Shown one piece after another: positions 24,701-37,203 of a DNA stretch of 64,000 nt (positions are counted from its first letter, which is position 1; each line of letters opens with the position of its first letter). Source of the stretch: Lingula anatina (lineage: Eukaryota; Animalia; Brachiopoda); NCBI GenBank assembly GCA_051362555.1, contig CM120647.1:18204651-18268650 (forward strand). The letters run 5' to 3'. A program made the translations under genes and the position numbers. The notes under the pieces were generated by a model that saw nothing but the letters and a program-made list of their open reading frames with translations, had not been told where the DNA came from and searched no databases.

Positions 24701-25285
24701 AGCGAATTTTAAAGTAAAACATAAAATGTTAATATATGTCTAATTCTAGATTCCCTGGAAAATAACCAACAGCTCGTTTTCAAGGAGTCCTCCCATGCTA
24801 TGAACCTGGAGGCAATACTGAAGGTTTACCCGGACGCTCTCTTCATCAACACTTACCGTGATCCCTGTCAGGCAACGGCGTCTATAAGCTCCCTATGTAA
24901 ATCATATATGAGAAGTCTAGGGTTTGAGCCAAAGGACATAGATTTAGGAATTATTGGTCAAGATATGCTTCGATCCCCACTGATTAACGGTGGAAATGAG
25001 ATGGTGAAATTTCGAAAGAGTCACCCTGAAGAAGAGCATCGATTTTGCGATATTGATTACAAAGATATTGTTGGTTCTCCCATGGCTGTAGTGAGGCAAA
25101 TCTACAGGTTTTTTGGTTTGAGGTTGACATCGGAAGCGGAAGCCAAGATGAGCAGTTTTATCAGGGAACGCCCTCAAAACAAATATGGCCACCATAAGTA
25201 CGATTTGAAGCGATATAAGCTGACAGAAGAGGAAGTGATGGAACATCTTAAAGAATATGTTGAATTTTATAAATTACGACGATGA
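21766..25285 (+). CDS. Sulfotransferase copy 3, complete, 429 aa. Exons 21766-22098, 23355-23538, 24142-24378, 24750-25285
   Basis: Same exon sizes and phases as the other copies; GPCRSGTT and YRDP motifs. Confidence 0.92.
22128..22422. mobile_element. Fold-back MITE (TIRs about 120 bp) in intron 1 of copy 3
   Basis: GGCCCCATTCAGA...TCTGAATGGTCCC; absent from the equivalent intron of copy 4; core shared with 43416-43715. Confidence 0.85.
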
Positions 25286-27059
25286 GTTCCGATCGGTCAT
25301 TTTGGAATGTCCAAATTTTTAGATATATAGTCTTTATTTTTGTCTTAATCTGTACCATTCAGCAATGCGCATTTGTGTGCACGAGGTAATTGTTTAGAAA
25401 GTTGTCTCGTTTTGCGGTTTTAATTATTGTTATTGTTATTATTATTATTATTTGTAACTTTCTTTGTGAACTTTAAAACTTTTTCCTCATATCTTAAATC
25501 TTATGCTGTTTTTATTTTATTTGTTGATTAATTGATTAGCTAAATTATAATGTCAGGCATTTAATTTTGCATATGGTTAAAACAGGGCAACTTGGAAACA
25601 TTAAAGAGATGTCATGGATTCTGTTTGCAGGCCGTTTGCAGGCCATCCTTGTATATGTCGTGGTGAAACTTTTAATTAGAGGTCTGTTGTACTGAATATA
25701 AAAAGGATCAACTAACAATATTAAGAAAAAAGTTTTGAATATCAAATCAGTTCACTTCATTTTTGTTATAAATGACATTTCTATGACTTTGAGTTTTGAT
25801 GCACTGAAGAATTGTAAAAGTTATCCTATAACTGTAATTTTCGTAGGGAAAAAACATTCTCTCCGATCCTTCACTCAAATCGTTGTTTGGATTGTACTGT
25901 CGGTGTGCTTTGATTCGATGTTTTATACCATTTCAATTTTGATTTTGCTTTAATTTGATTTAAATTTGTTTTAATATATTGATTCTGGTCGAATCATGAT
26001 TTATTTAGACCGCCATATCTTTCTGACATATCAGACCGAAATATCTATAAGTATCAGTACATTGGGTACATGTCATTTTATTTGATGAGTAGTTTTATCA
26101 TTTTAGAAAGACAATAAGTAGCTTTGAAGGATATTTACCAACAGCAATATCATTTGAGGTTCTTTTATAACTCTGCTTGTATATTTTTTAATGTATCAAA
26201 TCAAAATAGCATGTAACCACAGGATACAAATGGATATCTCTGTCTTCTAGGAGGATGCTTTTTTCGGTTTTTTAAGATAACTCTAATAAGTAACTGCGTT
26301 ATTTTTTATGAGTGGTCTTTTTTAAGATTGAAGATTAAGTCCTTTGAGGGATAGGTGCAGAGCAAAACTACTGAATTTAATCTAATGTGTACTGTGCTGG
26401 TCAACTTTTGCATAAAACATGCAAAACAATCGCAGAGTTGACTTTTACTAAGTTGGCCGCCATCAATTTATGACAAAGTAACTATGGGGTAAAATAACTG
26501 ATCACATCATTTTTTAAAGTTTCCGTATCCAATAGTGCTAAGAAAGCGTCGGCACTTAGTCCAAATGAAATAATTTAGCATCTTTAAGTAACTTTATTAA
26601 AGAGACTTGATGGGGGGCCAACTTACCCCGGGGTCCAACTAGCCCCGATCTCCCCTATGACCCTGTTGAAACCCACACCACCCAAAATAACAATAGAACA
26701 GAGAAAATGAAAAAGAAGAGAAAGCGCCACGGGGCCCTGAACTGTTATGCATCTAATATTAAAATATTAGATTGACAGAAAGTCACTGCTATCCAAATTA
26801 TCGATTTTAACCTGGCCTTAGCTTAATAACCTAACTGTCTATATAAAGTACTGATCCTTGAGATGTGTAGGTGTACATGTACATGTACGTATACGCATTT
26901 ATCGGTATTATCTGGGACAAAGGTCAAGCTTAAGGTCAGGCGTGCTTCTCGTAAATAGACCTACCGCTTCGAATTAGTAACGCTTTCCATTAATAGGTCT
27001 ACCTCTTCGCATCAGTCAGCTAAATAAGAATACTCCAGACAAAACTGAGTGCAATTAAT

Positions 27060-30000
27060 ATGTCAAGTTTTCAAGATATATACGCGTTTTGCCTCCCATA
27101 TTTCCATATATTGCTGGATTGGGTGTACCGCGTTGTGTTTCGGACCAGACTGAGTCCTCTCACGGAGGAAAGTCTGTGGAGAAAATTCACCGTCGAGGAG
27201 CGAAGGGTTATTGTGTCAGAAGACCTCACTCGTCGGTGGTGGTACGAAGGATTTTGTTTACTTTTGAAGTGTTACCGCGAAGACAAAGCGTTGTCTGTGT
27301 CAGGGAGAAAGGCTGTTGAAACAAGATGGACAGAAATTCTTCAAAACAGACTTGCCATATCCAGACGTCTGGCGGCTGTTGACGTATCGAAGGTCTGTGT
27401 ATTACAATATATTTTTGCTCTAAGTTCTACATTTTTTATTCACCTTGCATGCATAGTTGACCTTTAATTGTTTATGTAGTGCAGAAGCTCGTGTGAATAC
27501 TGCTCAGCTTAAATCCAGGGTAAAGACTCTCGAACAACGAGAGGAGGTACATTATGACCCAATTTTTATATACCTGGACTACCTGTAACCAGGTCAATAC
27601 AAATGCATTGAAATACCTAAATGGTATTTTGCAGCACATGAGGAAACTGACTTATTGAACTGTAAAAAAGGGTGCGTCTGTCCCAAAATCGTAAGGCTTT
27701 ATTGTATAGGAACTAACTGTCTCAGATATTTATATTGATATGGACGTCAGGGAGTTTGAGAGAATCATTGCAACCCGATACAGGATGTCCTCACACGACC
27801 TGACAGGCCCTGCGTCTCCTTAAAGGGTCAGAAATGTATTTGTGATACCGGTGAAATCCAAGCAGTAGAACATGTTTTGTGTTTTTGTTCTGTGGCAAGC
27901 ACTATACGCAAGGACAATCCCGAGTTAGATTTTAGCACAGTAGAAAATCTATGGAGAGGCGGACCTATGCGCGATGTGTGTCATTTGATAAATGCTGTAA
28001 ACTGTTCGCTTTCCTAATGCTAACATTATGTTGTCGTTTTATTAACACATATTAAAGCTATGTTGAATCGTCCAACTTGAGTATAATTATGATTTTGTTT
28101 TTGTTACGCTGATTATATATATTAGGTATATTCTGGGGTTGTAAAAATACTTTGTACTTAGTGGAATGAATTATCTATCTAGCTATCTATTAATTCCCAA
28201 GCCGGGGGTCCGTCGAGTAGGTACACGGTAGGTGTAAAGACAGGCAGTGCGCTAAAAAAAATAAAGGACATGTCTTGCGAGGGCCGCAGTCTCCCTGATT
28301 ACTTGAAATCGCACAGGGTGCCGTACAATTTTTATTTATTATTATTATTTTTATCATTATTACTGTTATATTTACTTTTATTTTTCATCGTTTCAGTGTC
28401 AGATCAAGAAGCCAATATTCATCATTGGTCCGTGTCGCTCTGGGACGACTTTCCTCCAAGATCTTCTGTACGAGGATCCTAGGAATACTTCACCCAGATA
28501 TTACGAAACGATGCACCCAGTGGAAGATATTATCGTAGGAGGCAAGGAACAAAGAATTTTGACCGAACAACGAGCGTTAGGTATTCCCATCTTCTTTGTC
28601 TAAAAATAAGATAAAAAATAAACTGGCCACAAAATGACAAAAATAAAATAAAATAATAATACGTCTTAGCTATGAAGGTTCGACAGTTTAGATATACAAC
28701 ATTGGTCAAAAAGGTTGTCCCACCTCCAGTATCATGTGCATTTATAATCACGTCAAAGGTGAAAATTGTTATAAATAATGATTTTCAATCCAGATACCTT
28801 AACTGACATGATTAGTGGAACAGAAAATACAAACTAAAAGTGAAGAGTTCAAAATTTAATACCATTTATTCACATTTATGACATGTACTCCCTCAAATCC
28901 GAAGTTTTTCACAGAGATTAAGAAATGTCCAGTAAATTGAAAAAACACCACCAACTGTCACCAAATTTATATGCATTTAGCATTTGGGTGTTCTCGTTAA
29001 AGGCTACGTGTCTAATAGCGTTTGTGTTGCCGCGTGCTGTAATAAAGGGTACCGGAGGAGATCAGCATTGGTCAGAATTGTGCCGGAAGTGACGTCAAGT
29101 GGTGTAAGAGGTAAAGCGGAGTGGTCATTTTAAGCTGGAGGTGGATGGAAATGAAGACGTGGACTTGGAGAAAAAAAGAAGTTATTCTAACAACACGGTA
29201 AGATAACATTTCATCTTTATTCATTTGGGGCAAAGATATTGTAGAAACAATAGGTACATGATATGAAAACGTGTCACGGAACTTGAAGGTGCAAAATCGT
29301 GCTAAATTTGCAGTCAATTTGTTTTGAAACACATGCTGCATCGACCGCCAGTGCGACAAAGAGCGTAAAGGGAAAGGAATTCCCGGAAGGCTATTAATCG
29401 TTGTCATGTGGAATTTTGACATTTATATAATCTGATATGTCCGTATCCAAGTATTTTCGGGTGTTTAATGGTATGTGCTGCAATTATAATGATGTTTTAG
29501 CGTTCTTGAAGGACCTTGTGAAAACCAGGAAGTAGTTCGTAACTAACAACTGAATCGTACCGATCTACGACTGCTGTGCAAAGATGTATCTTTTTTTAAA
29601 TATTGTGACGAATTTTTAGATCTTTATATGTCCATCTGACATGAAATTCCACACATATGATCACACTAATACACCTTTTACACCGGGGTAGCCACTAATC
29701 GGTGACAAATGCCAAGACAAAGGTAACATTCTGACGGCCTCTAATCTGAGCTAAATATCACAAGTACGTGACTGGCATTTAATGGCATCTTACAAGATCT
29801 TCCCAAAAAGATGAAAAGAGAATTCAGGTGAGCCGATCAAAAAGCTGACAGGTAATTATGACTAGCTCTAAGTTACTAATAATTGACATTATTATGCAAT
29901 ACTCAGTTGGAAAAGCGATTCTGACATATCAGATTATATAAACGTCAAAATTCCACATGACAACGATTTATAGACTCCCGGGAATTCTTTTCCTTTACGC

Positions 30001-32090
30001 TCTTTGTCGCGCTGGCGGTCGATGCAGCATGTGTTTCAAAACAAATTGACGGCATATTTAGCACGATTTTGCACCTTTAAGTTCCGTGTCACGTTTTCAT
30101 ATCATGTACCTATTGTTTCTACAAGTATTCTCTGCCCCAAATGCATAAAGATAAAATGTTATCTTACAGTGTTGTTAAAATAACTTCTTTTTTCTCCAAG
30201 CCCACGTCTTCATTTCCATCCACCTCCAGCTTAAAATGACCACTCAGCTTTACCTCTTACACCACTACACGTCACTTCCGGCACAATTCTGACCAATACT
30301 GATCTCCTCCTCCTGTAGGCGACGCGGTCTGCCCTCAACAAGGGTAATAATTTTGTTTTGTAGTATATTGTCCCATTCTTCCTCAAGAGCTTCGCGGTGA
30401 TGGTCCAGATTGTTAGCTCCTTTGCATTGCACACTCCAATTGATGTCACAGATGCTTAGTAAGGTTAATAACAGGGCTCAAAGATGGTTGCTCCATCCTC
30501 CGAACATTGTGTTTCTGCAACAAATCACTCTAATCAAGTCAAAACAATATATTCGCTGATGGGTCAATAAGTTACAGCTCTCCCTTCATATGAACAGATG
30601 GAATTCGCCTAATTATCTTATTAAATGAGACTTGTGCCTTATCTTTTTAAATTTCCTACCTTCAATATTTAAAACAGAGTTATTACTTACAGCATTTGCA
30701 AAAAATGGCCTAATTAACCCTTAGAATTGACTTCTATCAATATCTTTTGTTTTATAAATAGCCACGGTGTACGAAGCGATGCCTGCACTGAAAGCTCAGC
30801 ATTACGTACACGCTGAAAGAGCGTACGAGTGCTACCATCTGATGGACCAAATGGGGCTGTTTAAGAACTTCCGGTTTATCACAGGGAACTTCCAGGAATA
30901 CGAGGCGTGGCGACAAACGCTGACCAAGGACCAAATGGTGGAAGTTTACCGATTCCATAAATTACAAATGCAACTCATTCTTTTGGCAAGAAGCAAAGGT
31001 GTGTGTGTGTGTGTGTGTGCGCGTGCGCGCGTTTGTGTGTTTTATTTGCCGTAAAAATCCTTTCAACGTCAATTCTCTCAATCTCTGCTGAAAGTTATTT
31101 TCATTTTCCATGATTACCGAAATATATGTCTTGCAAAAAAGACACGTTGAACTGTGTCTTAACTGTGTAAAATGTTTTTGTGTAAGCCTCTTAAATGCAA
31201 TCTTAGGCTCTATCCCCATAGATTTTAGATCGATCTATCCCCGCGGGGAGTCTCACTAGATTACATTCACATAATCCGACTTAAATGTCCGTCCCGCCTA
31301 CTACAAGCTGTAAGGGGGTAATTAACTTTCGTGTCCGCCCGGCTGACAGCTATTTAGCGGGAACCCCCAGGGAGTTAGGTCGATCTAACGTAGGTCGATT
31401 TAATCTATGGAAATGGGGTGTTAGATCTTTGACAACCGTATGCATGCATACCTGTGTATGCAAAATATTAAACAAAATAGCAGCGTTAAATATTGATATC
31501 TATCCGGCCTAATGATAGAGCCAAATTTTAATTCAAGCATTTGTTTAATTCAAGATTCCCTGGAAAATAACCAACAGCTCGTTTTCAAGGAGTCCTCCCA
31601 TGCTATGAACCTGGAGGTAATACTAAAGGTGTACCCGGACGCTCTCTTTATTAACACTTACCGTGACCCCTGCCAGGCAACGGCGTCTATGAGCTCTCTA
31701 TGTGAGGGCTTAATGCTAAGTCTAGGGTTTGAGCCAAAGGACATAGATTTAGGGCTCATTGGCCAAGATATGTTTCGATCCCCGCTGATCAACGGTGGAA
31801 ATGAGATGGTGAAATTTCGGAAGAGCCACCCAGAAGAAGAACATCGATTTTGCGATATAGATTACAAAGATATTGTTGGTTCTCCCATGTCTGTAGTGAG
31901 GCAAATCTACAAGTATTTTGGCTTGAGGTTGACATCGGAAGCGGAAGCGAAGATGAGCGCTTACGTCAGGGAACATCCTCAAAACAAATATGGCCGCCAT
32001 AAGTACGATTTCAAGCGATATAAGCTGACAGAAGAGGAAGTGATGGAACATTTTAAAGAATATGTTGAATTTTATAAATCACGACGTTGA
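27060..32090 (+). CDS. Sulfotransferase copy 4, complete, 429 aa. Exons 27060-27392, 28397-28580, 30762-30998, 31555-32090
   Basis: Exon 2 read by hand as CQIKKPIFIIGPCRSGTTFLQDLLYEDP...; same exon sizes and phases as the other copies. Confidence 0.92.
27448..28187 (+). mobile_element. 5'-truncated LINE 3' end in intron 1 of copy 4
   Basis: TRYRMSSHDL and KCICDTGEIQAVEHVLCFC (ORF2 C-terminal CCHC), with an (ATCT)n-like tail. Copy 3 shows the empty site at about 22712-22720. Confidence 0.75.
29054..30310. mobile_element. Non-autonomous DNA element with about 390-bp TIRs in intron 2 of copy 4
   Basis: 29054-29441 is an imperfect inverted copy of 29923-30310 (GGAGGAGATCAG...CTGATCTCCTCC). No clear TSD. 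Confidence 0.8.
31206..31420. mobile_element. PIF/Harbinger-type MITE with TTA TSD
   Basis: TTA on both sides; paralogous empty site in copy 3 (GCAGTC TTA GATCG at about 24615-24628); same family at 47762 and 62109. Confidence 0.9.
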
Positions 32091-33137
32091 GTTCCACTTG
32101 GTCATTCTGGAATATCCACATTTTTAGTTACTCTATTTTTAACTTTAATTGTACAATAAAGCAATGTGCATTTGTGTGCACGATATGATCATTTGGAGAG
32201 TTTGCTTTTTTTTTTCTTTTCGATATCGAATTGTTATTATTTCTTGTGGCTTGGATCATATAACAAAGTTCATGATTTATTGCATAGATGTTATATTGTT
32301 TTGATTGTATTTCATTCAAAAACCATTAGTCATTCAGTTAAAAAACTGAAAGAGCCACCAGTGATACACTGCCGCCGGAAAGTCACCTTACAAAAAGGCC
32401 GCATGGACCATGACCCATGCAAGAAACGTGGATTCAAATCAAAGTATTATAGATACGAAGGAGCAAGAGTATTTGGCTTACCAAAAAGAACACCCAATTT
32501 TTTATAAATCCCTACTATTAAGTTTTTCTTTTTTTCCCTTAATTTCTACGGTTTCAGAATGGCCCTCTTTAAATTTTTGGAGATTCTGAGAGGATCGGTT
32601 TTGCAATGGGAATTGCACCTTTGGGTTATAGGCCTACCGCCAATTACTACCCCAAATAAGAATCGTGCACGGGTCTTTCAACACCAAAGGATGTGCAGGC
32701 ATTCAGCCTGACGATGCTCTTGTAACAAAAGCAAAATGTAGCTGTTTTACTTTTGTTCCAAAGTACGTGATTACTATCACTAAAACGCTATGAAATATAT
32801 CAGTTTACTTGCCGTTCCCCTGACATGTGGACAAGCATTTGTTTTATTTAATTGGAAAACCACTCTCCTGCGTGCTGAAATAGATGATATGACATTTCAA
32901 CTGCCGTTAAAAAGACTTGCAGGGATCTGAAAGCACTTTGGTTAAACAGACAATCTAGTCATTCATGTAATAAATAAATCTAATAAATATTGGCATCCAT
33001 ACAGATCAACTTAATAGATATAAAAACGCCCAAGCTTTCGGTGAATGCGCCTTCGTCGGGTGACTGTACCCAGCGCCGTGATTATGATAAATCTTTTATC
33101 ATCGTTTATACGCTATACTGCTTTTGATGAACATTTA

Positions 33138-33176
<39 letters not shown>

Positions 33177-34328
33177 GGGTTTTTATGTAGAACTTATAAT
33201 TTATTAATTATCCGAGATTTACGTGCAACCGTCATCCACCCGCAGCCTTCTTTTTAGTATTCGTTTACATAAGCCGTGAATATACCAGTAGAAACCATAC
33301 AACTTGACAAACAGGTACCGGTACATATACAGAAAGAAATACGCTGATTTGAAAGCTGTTGCCAATAGTTCCATATGCATGCATATTTGATGTTTTTTAT
33401 ACTGGCATACACGACTAATGTTTAAAATCTGCAATTCCTAAGGCAGTCTACGCGTCTTGAAGACCACATTTCGTGTCATGCAGACATAAAAGAGGATTAA
33501 TGCTGCACGAGATAAGTTTTTTTTCTTAAGAATCCTTTCCCACAAACAAGTGCCAGAACCAAAGAGATTACTGAGGTAAGGATAGCCTTGAATTGCGTTG
33601 AAGTTCACAGATTGTCGAGATACTGTTAGTTGTGTAGATATCAGTTATGGTTATGTTTGTTTGTAATAAATCTCCACGATATAAATAAGTCTAAAGCCGT
33701 TAAAAGGTGCAGGCCCTTAACTACTATGTGCACCAAGACCTATAGCCAGCAACTTCAAACATTTTAATTGTGGACATTTTCCATGAGACCTTTGTGTATC
33801 GAGATCAATTTTTACTTTTACCCGATGGTTAGTTTGAACCCCCCCCCCCCACCCCCCCACCCCCAAAAAAATAAAATAAAAAAAATAAAAAAAAATAAAA
33901 AAATAAAATAAAAAAAAACAGCTTACGGGCCTGCTACATGCATAGATAATCATAATCTGGAGCTGAAACTGACAAATTCGGTTACTGTGGCATCGGCTAT
34001 TGGGTTGGCCGTCCAGGATTAATTTCAAATCAAAATCTTTATTTGACCACTCAATACAATAGGAGGATTTGATATAATCTTCTGTTCCTCTTCGTGGCTT
34101 GAAGGTGATGACAAGGAAAAAATATGACTCTAGAAATTTCAATTTCAAATAAAAAGGGAATCACATCCAAGTGGAATTCTGAATGAGACATTCTTTTTAC
34201 GATCGATTTTTGAGCGTCATCGTGTTTCTTCTGTAAAACATTACCTCCTCCACGATCATTTCAAATGTCGTAAAGCAAAGAGAGCTACGTATCTTCATTT
34301 TGAAACAAAGTTTTTTGATATGCCTTAA

Positions 34329-35453
34329 TACCCCCGTCACACTAGAAGCGAAATGAGCAAGAATGCCGTCGGAAAGACAATTCTTTGTGCGCTCCTGGAT
34401 ATTCGAAGAGCATTCTAAAAATTCCGAGTGCATTCTAAATATTTTTACCCATTCTTGTGGCATCCCGAATGTTTCTGTCATGTCAAAGACTTTCGAAGTG
34501 CATTCCAAGTGGAAATTTATCGAATGGCATTTGAACAGTATTCTAACTGCACTATGACTGCATTTTAAATATTCTCACGGCATTTCAAAGCATTCGAAAC
34601 ATTCTGATCACATTAGAGGAATATTCGAACCGACAAGTGACTTAAAGCCCCCGTCAAACTTATTCGAAATTAGTAGGAATCAAGCCGGAATTACTAAATT
34701 TAAAAATTCGTACCATATTCGGGAGAGAATTTCAAATTATCATAAAATATTACGGCTTTTATAAGAATGCCTCTGGAATACTAAGAATGCACAACGAACC
34801 CGCCTGGAATGATTCTTGCACATTCCAGGTATATTACCTCTCAAATGCAGCTCGAATGTAGTTGGAATATTGTAGTGATATTGCAATAAATTTCCTCTTG
34901 GAATGCACTTCAAAAGTTTTTGACATGACAAAAACATTCGAGCCGGCCACAAGAATGGGTAAAAATATTTGGAATGCACTCAGAATTTTTATAATATTTT
35001 TAGAATGCTCTTCGAATATCCTGGAATGCACAAATATTGTATTTCAGACGCCATTCTTAATCATTCCGCCTCTAGTGTGACGGGGATTTTATACCCCGCC
35101 AGAATGTTTCGAATGTGCCTCGGATGAGCTGAAATATTAATGTTGCCAGCAATCGAACTACACTAGTGCGCCGTTCAAAGTATATTCTAAATATTCTTAC
35201 TGCCTTCTTACAGCATTATAAATATTCCTAGTTTTCCAACTACATTCGAACTGCTTTTGAGAGCTAATGCAGTCGAAAGTGCATTCATCATTCCAGGCGA
35301 ATTCAAGCGCATTCTGAGTATTCCAACGGTACTCTTACAATAATTAAGGTCAATTTGAAATTTTTCCCCGAATGTGGTGTGAATTTTAAAAGTTCTTCGT
35401 TCAGGCTCATTCTTTTTTATTCCTGCTGATTCCTAATAAGTGTGACGGGGGTA
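34329..35453. mobile_element. Composite Harbinger-like non-autonomous element with TAA TSD
   Basis: TIR TACCCCCGTCACACT / AGTGTGACGGGGGTA with TAA on both sides; internal inverted block about 34331-34560 versus about 34860-35086. Confidence 0.8.
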
Positions 35454-35782
35454 TAAACAAGGGCCCGAGTGGTATTCGTACGTTCTGCGCACGTAACGTT
35501 GCCACAACGACGTTTGTCAAAAGAATAAGTGATAAACGATGAGACAGATATATGCAACATTATCTTCCTAGTCAGAGTGACACAAACTTAAAACATTTTT
35601 GGAAGGTGCGTCCAGGTCACTATTGTTAGCGACTAAGTACGAAGTCTCTTTTCTTTTTCTTTTACTTTTAGGACAGCCCTTTCGTTCAGTCCTGCCATGA
35701 TGAAAGTGATGTACATACGAATATCTACAATGATCCTTCTTGTATTTCTGTGTGGATATCTTCTTTCGCTGTGGAACACGTG

Positions 35783-35815
<33 letters not shown>

Positions 35816-35984
35816 CAGGGGTGGATTGAGGCCGTCTTCTGAGTCTTCCGGAAGACGGCCAGATTTTCAAGTTTACATTGACGAGTATCTTTTTTTTTTC
35901 TGTCGGAAGACGGTCAAAAATGAAGGATGGACCAATAAAGATAATTTGGAAGACTGTCAGAAAATATGTCTGGATCCGTCCCTG
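35816..35984. mobile_element. CAGGGG(C/T)GGAT-ended MITE inserted in a (TAG)n microsatellite
   Basis: CAGGGGTGGATT...GGATCCGTCCCTG, with (TAG)n on both sides (35788-35815 and 35988-36025). Confidence 0.7.
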
Positions 35985-35987
35985 CTG

Positions 35988-36026
<39 letters not shown>

Positions 36027-36534
36027 CACACATTAGAGATCTTTCGCACCTGTACGTTAAGGCGAACGACTACGTTTAGGTCATCATATTTTGCTGTCTA
36101 GTGACGTGTACACATACGGTTAGAGAGAACATTATCCGCAGCTAGATTGCTACCCGTCAATGAAAAACGGTTTGACAAATCAGCATAATTTGATGAAATC
36201 AAGCCTTTCAAAATTGATAGTTTCTCTGCTAAAATCATATTGGACATTTTATTTTTGCAATATATGTGAAACATATTGTCTCTGTTATTTGTGTCTATGT
36301 TTATGTAACCATTGAAATATAGGTTATACCCGTGAAAAAAAGCATTTTCCACTGACCACAAGGCAGTCAGGACTGGCCTTCCGCACGCGTGACTGATTGT
36401 ATTATAAGACTGTTAGGTCATCATTTTGTGAGCAGTTGTTACGAGTACACATGCCTTTATAAGTGGTCTGTAGACTAGCCGTCTGCACTTGACGCATAAC
36501 AAGCAGGATATCCGCAAGGTAAGTGCCGTTTAGT

Positions 36535-37203
36535 CACCCTGAGCTTCAGAGATAACTTGACACTAACCTCCTCACAATAGCCTATCTTCATCGTGTCAAG
36601 TTACCTCTGACGAAAATAGTTTGACCTAGTTTATATAAGCCAATCGAATCCAAGTTTCAAAAATTTTCACCAAAGTTTGATGAAAACGCTGATTAGTTGA
36701 CCGTCAATCGGTAATCCTCGGCTGATTCCGCAAGCTCCATACTAACAACAAAGTTATTGTCGAGTGCGGAGACATCCGAGTAGTGCCGAGTGCATAACCG
36801 TACACAAAGAAAGCATGGCGTCTTCTACGAGTGACTACGTAAAATAATGTGTTAAGTTATCTCTTGATTCTTTGCAAAATAAAAGTATATCGGAATTGAA
36901 ACCAGAGCAGTTTGAGGCCCTGCATCATTATCTACTGAGGGATGATGTATTTTGCGTGCTGTCCACAGGTTACGGTAAGTCCCTGATATTGAGCCTTATC
37001 TCTGATTGGTCCGGATTTGAACAAAGCGCGCTTTGACTCGTTCGCGTTCATTGGCTAGATCGTTCAATGAGTCATTGAGTGCGGGCTTTAAATTTGATTG
37101 GCGGGCGGCGGGGGCAATCGAATGTGGTCAGAGGTAACTTGACACGATGAAGATAGGCTATTGTGAAGAGGTTAGTGTCAAGTTATCTCTGAAGCTCAGG
37201 GTG
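36535..37203. mobile_element. Non-autonomous DNA transposon with about 77-bp TIRs, 8-bp TSD and a RecQ-like helicase remnant (AcademH-like)
   Basis: TIR CACCCTGAGCTTCAGAGATAACTTGACAC...; TSD CGTTTAGT at 36527-36534 and 37204-37211; 36815-36991 reads MASSTSDYVK*...LKPEQFEAL...DVFCVLSTGYGKSLI. Confidence 0.8.

Noticed and set aside
14702-32051. Recurrent antisense and alternative-frame ORFs (MFHHFLFCQ..., MESVNFHH..., MPPIFPY...)
   Set aside because: They are shadows of the duplicated sulfotransferase exons.
35788-36025. AGTAGT runs as additional Polinton termini
   Set aside because: Plain microsatellite with no continuation into the ATAAGTAAGTCG terminal sequence and no inverted partner.
35568-36101. 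Poly-Tyr and poly-Val ORFs
   Set aside because: Translations of the (TAG)n microsatellite.
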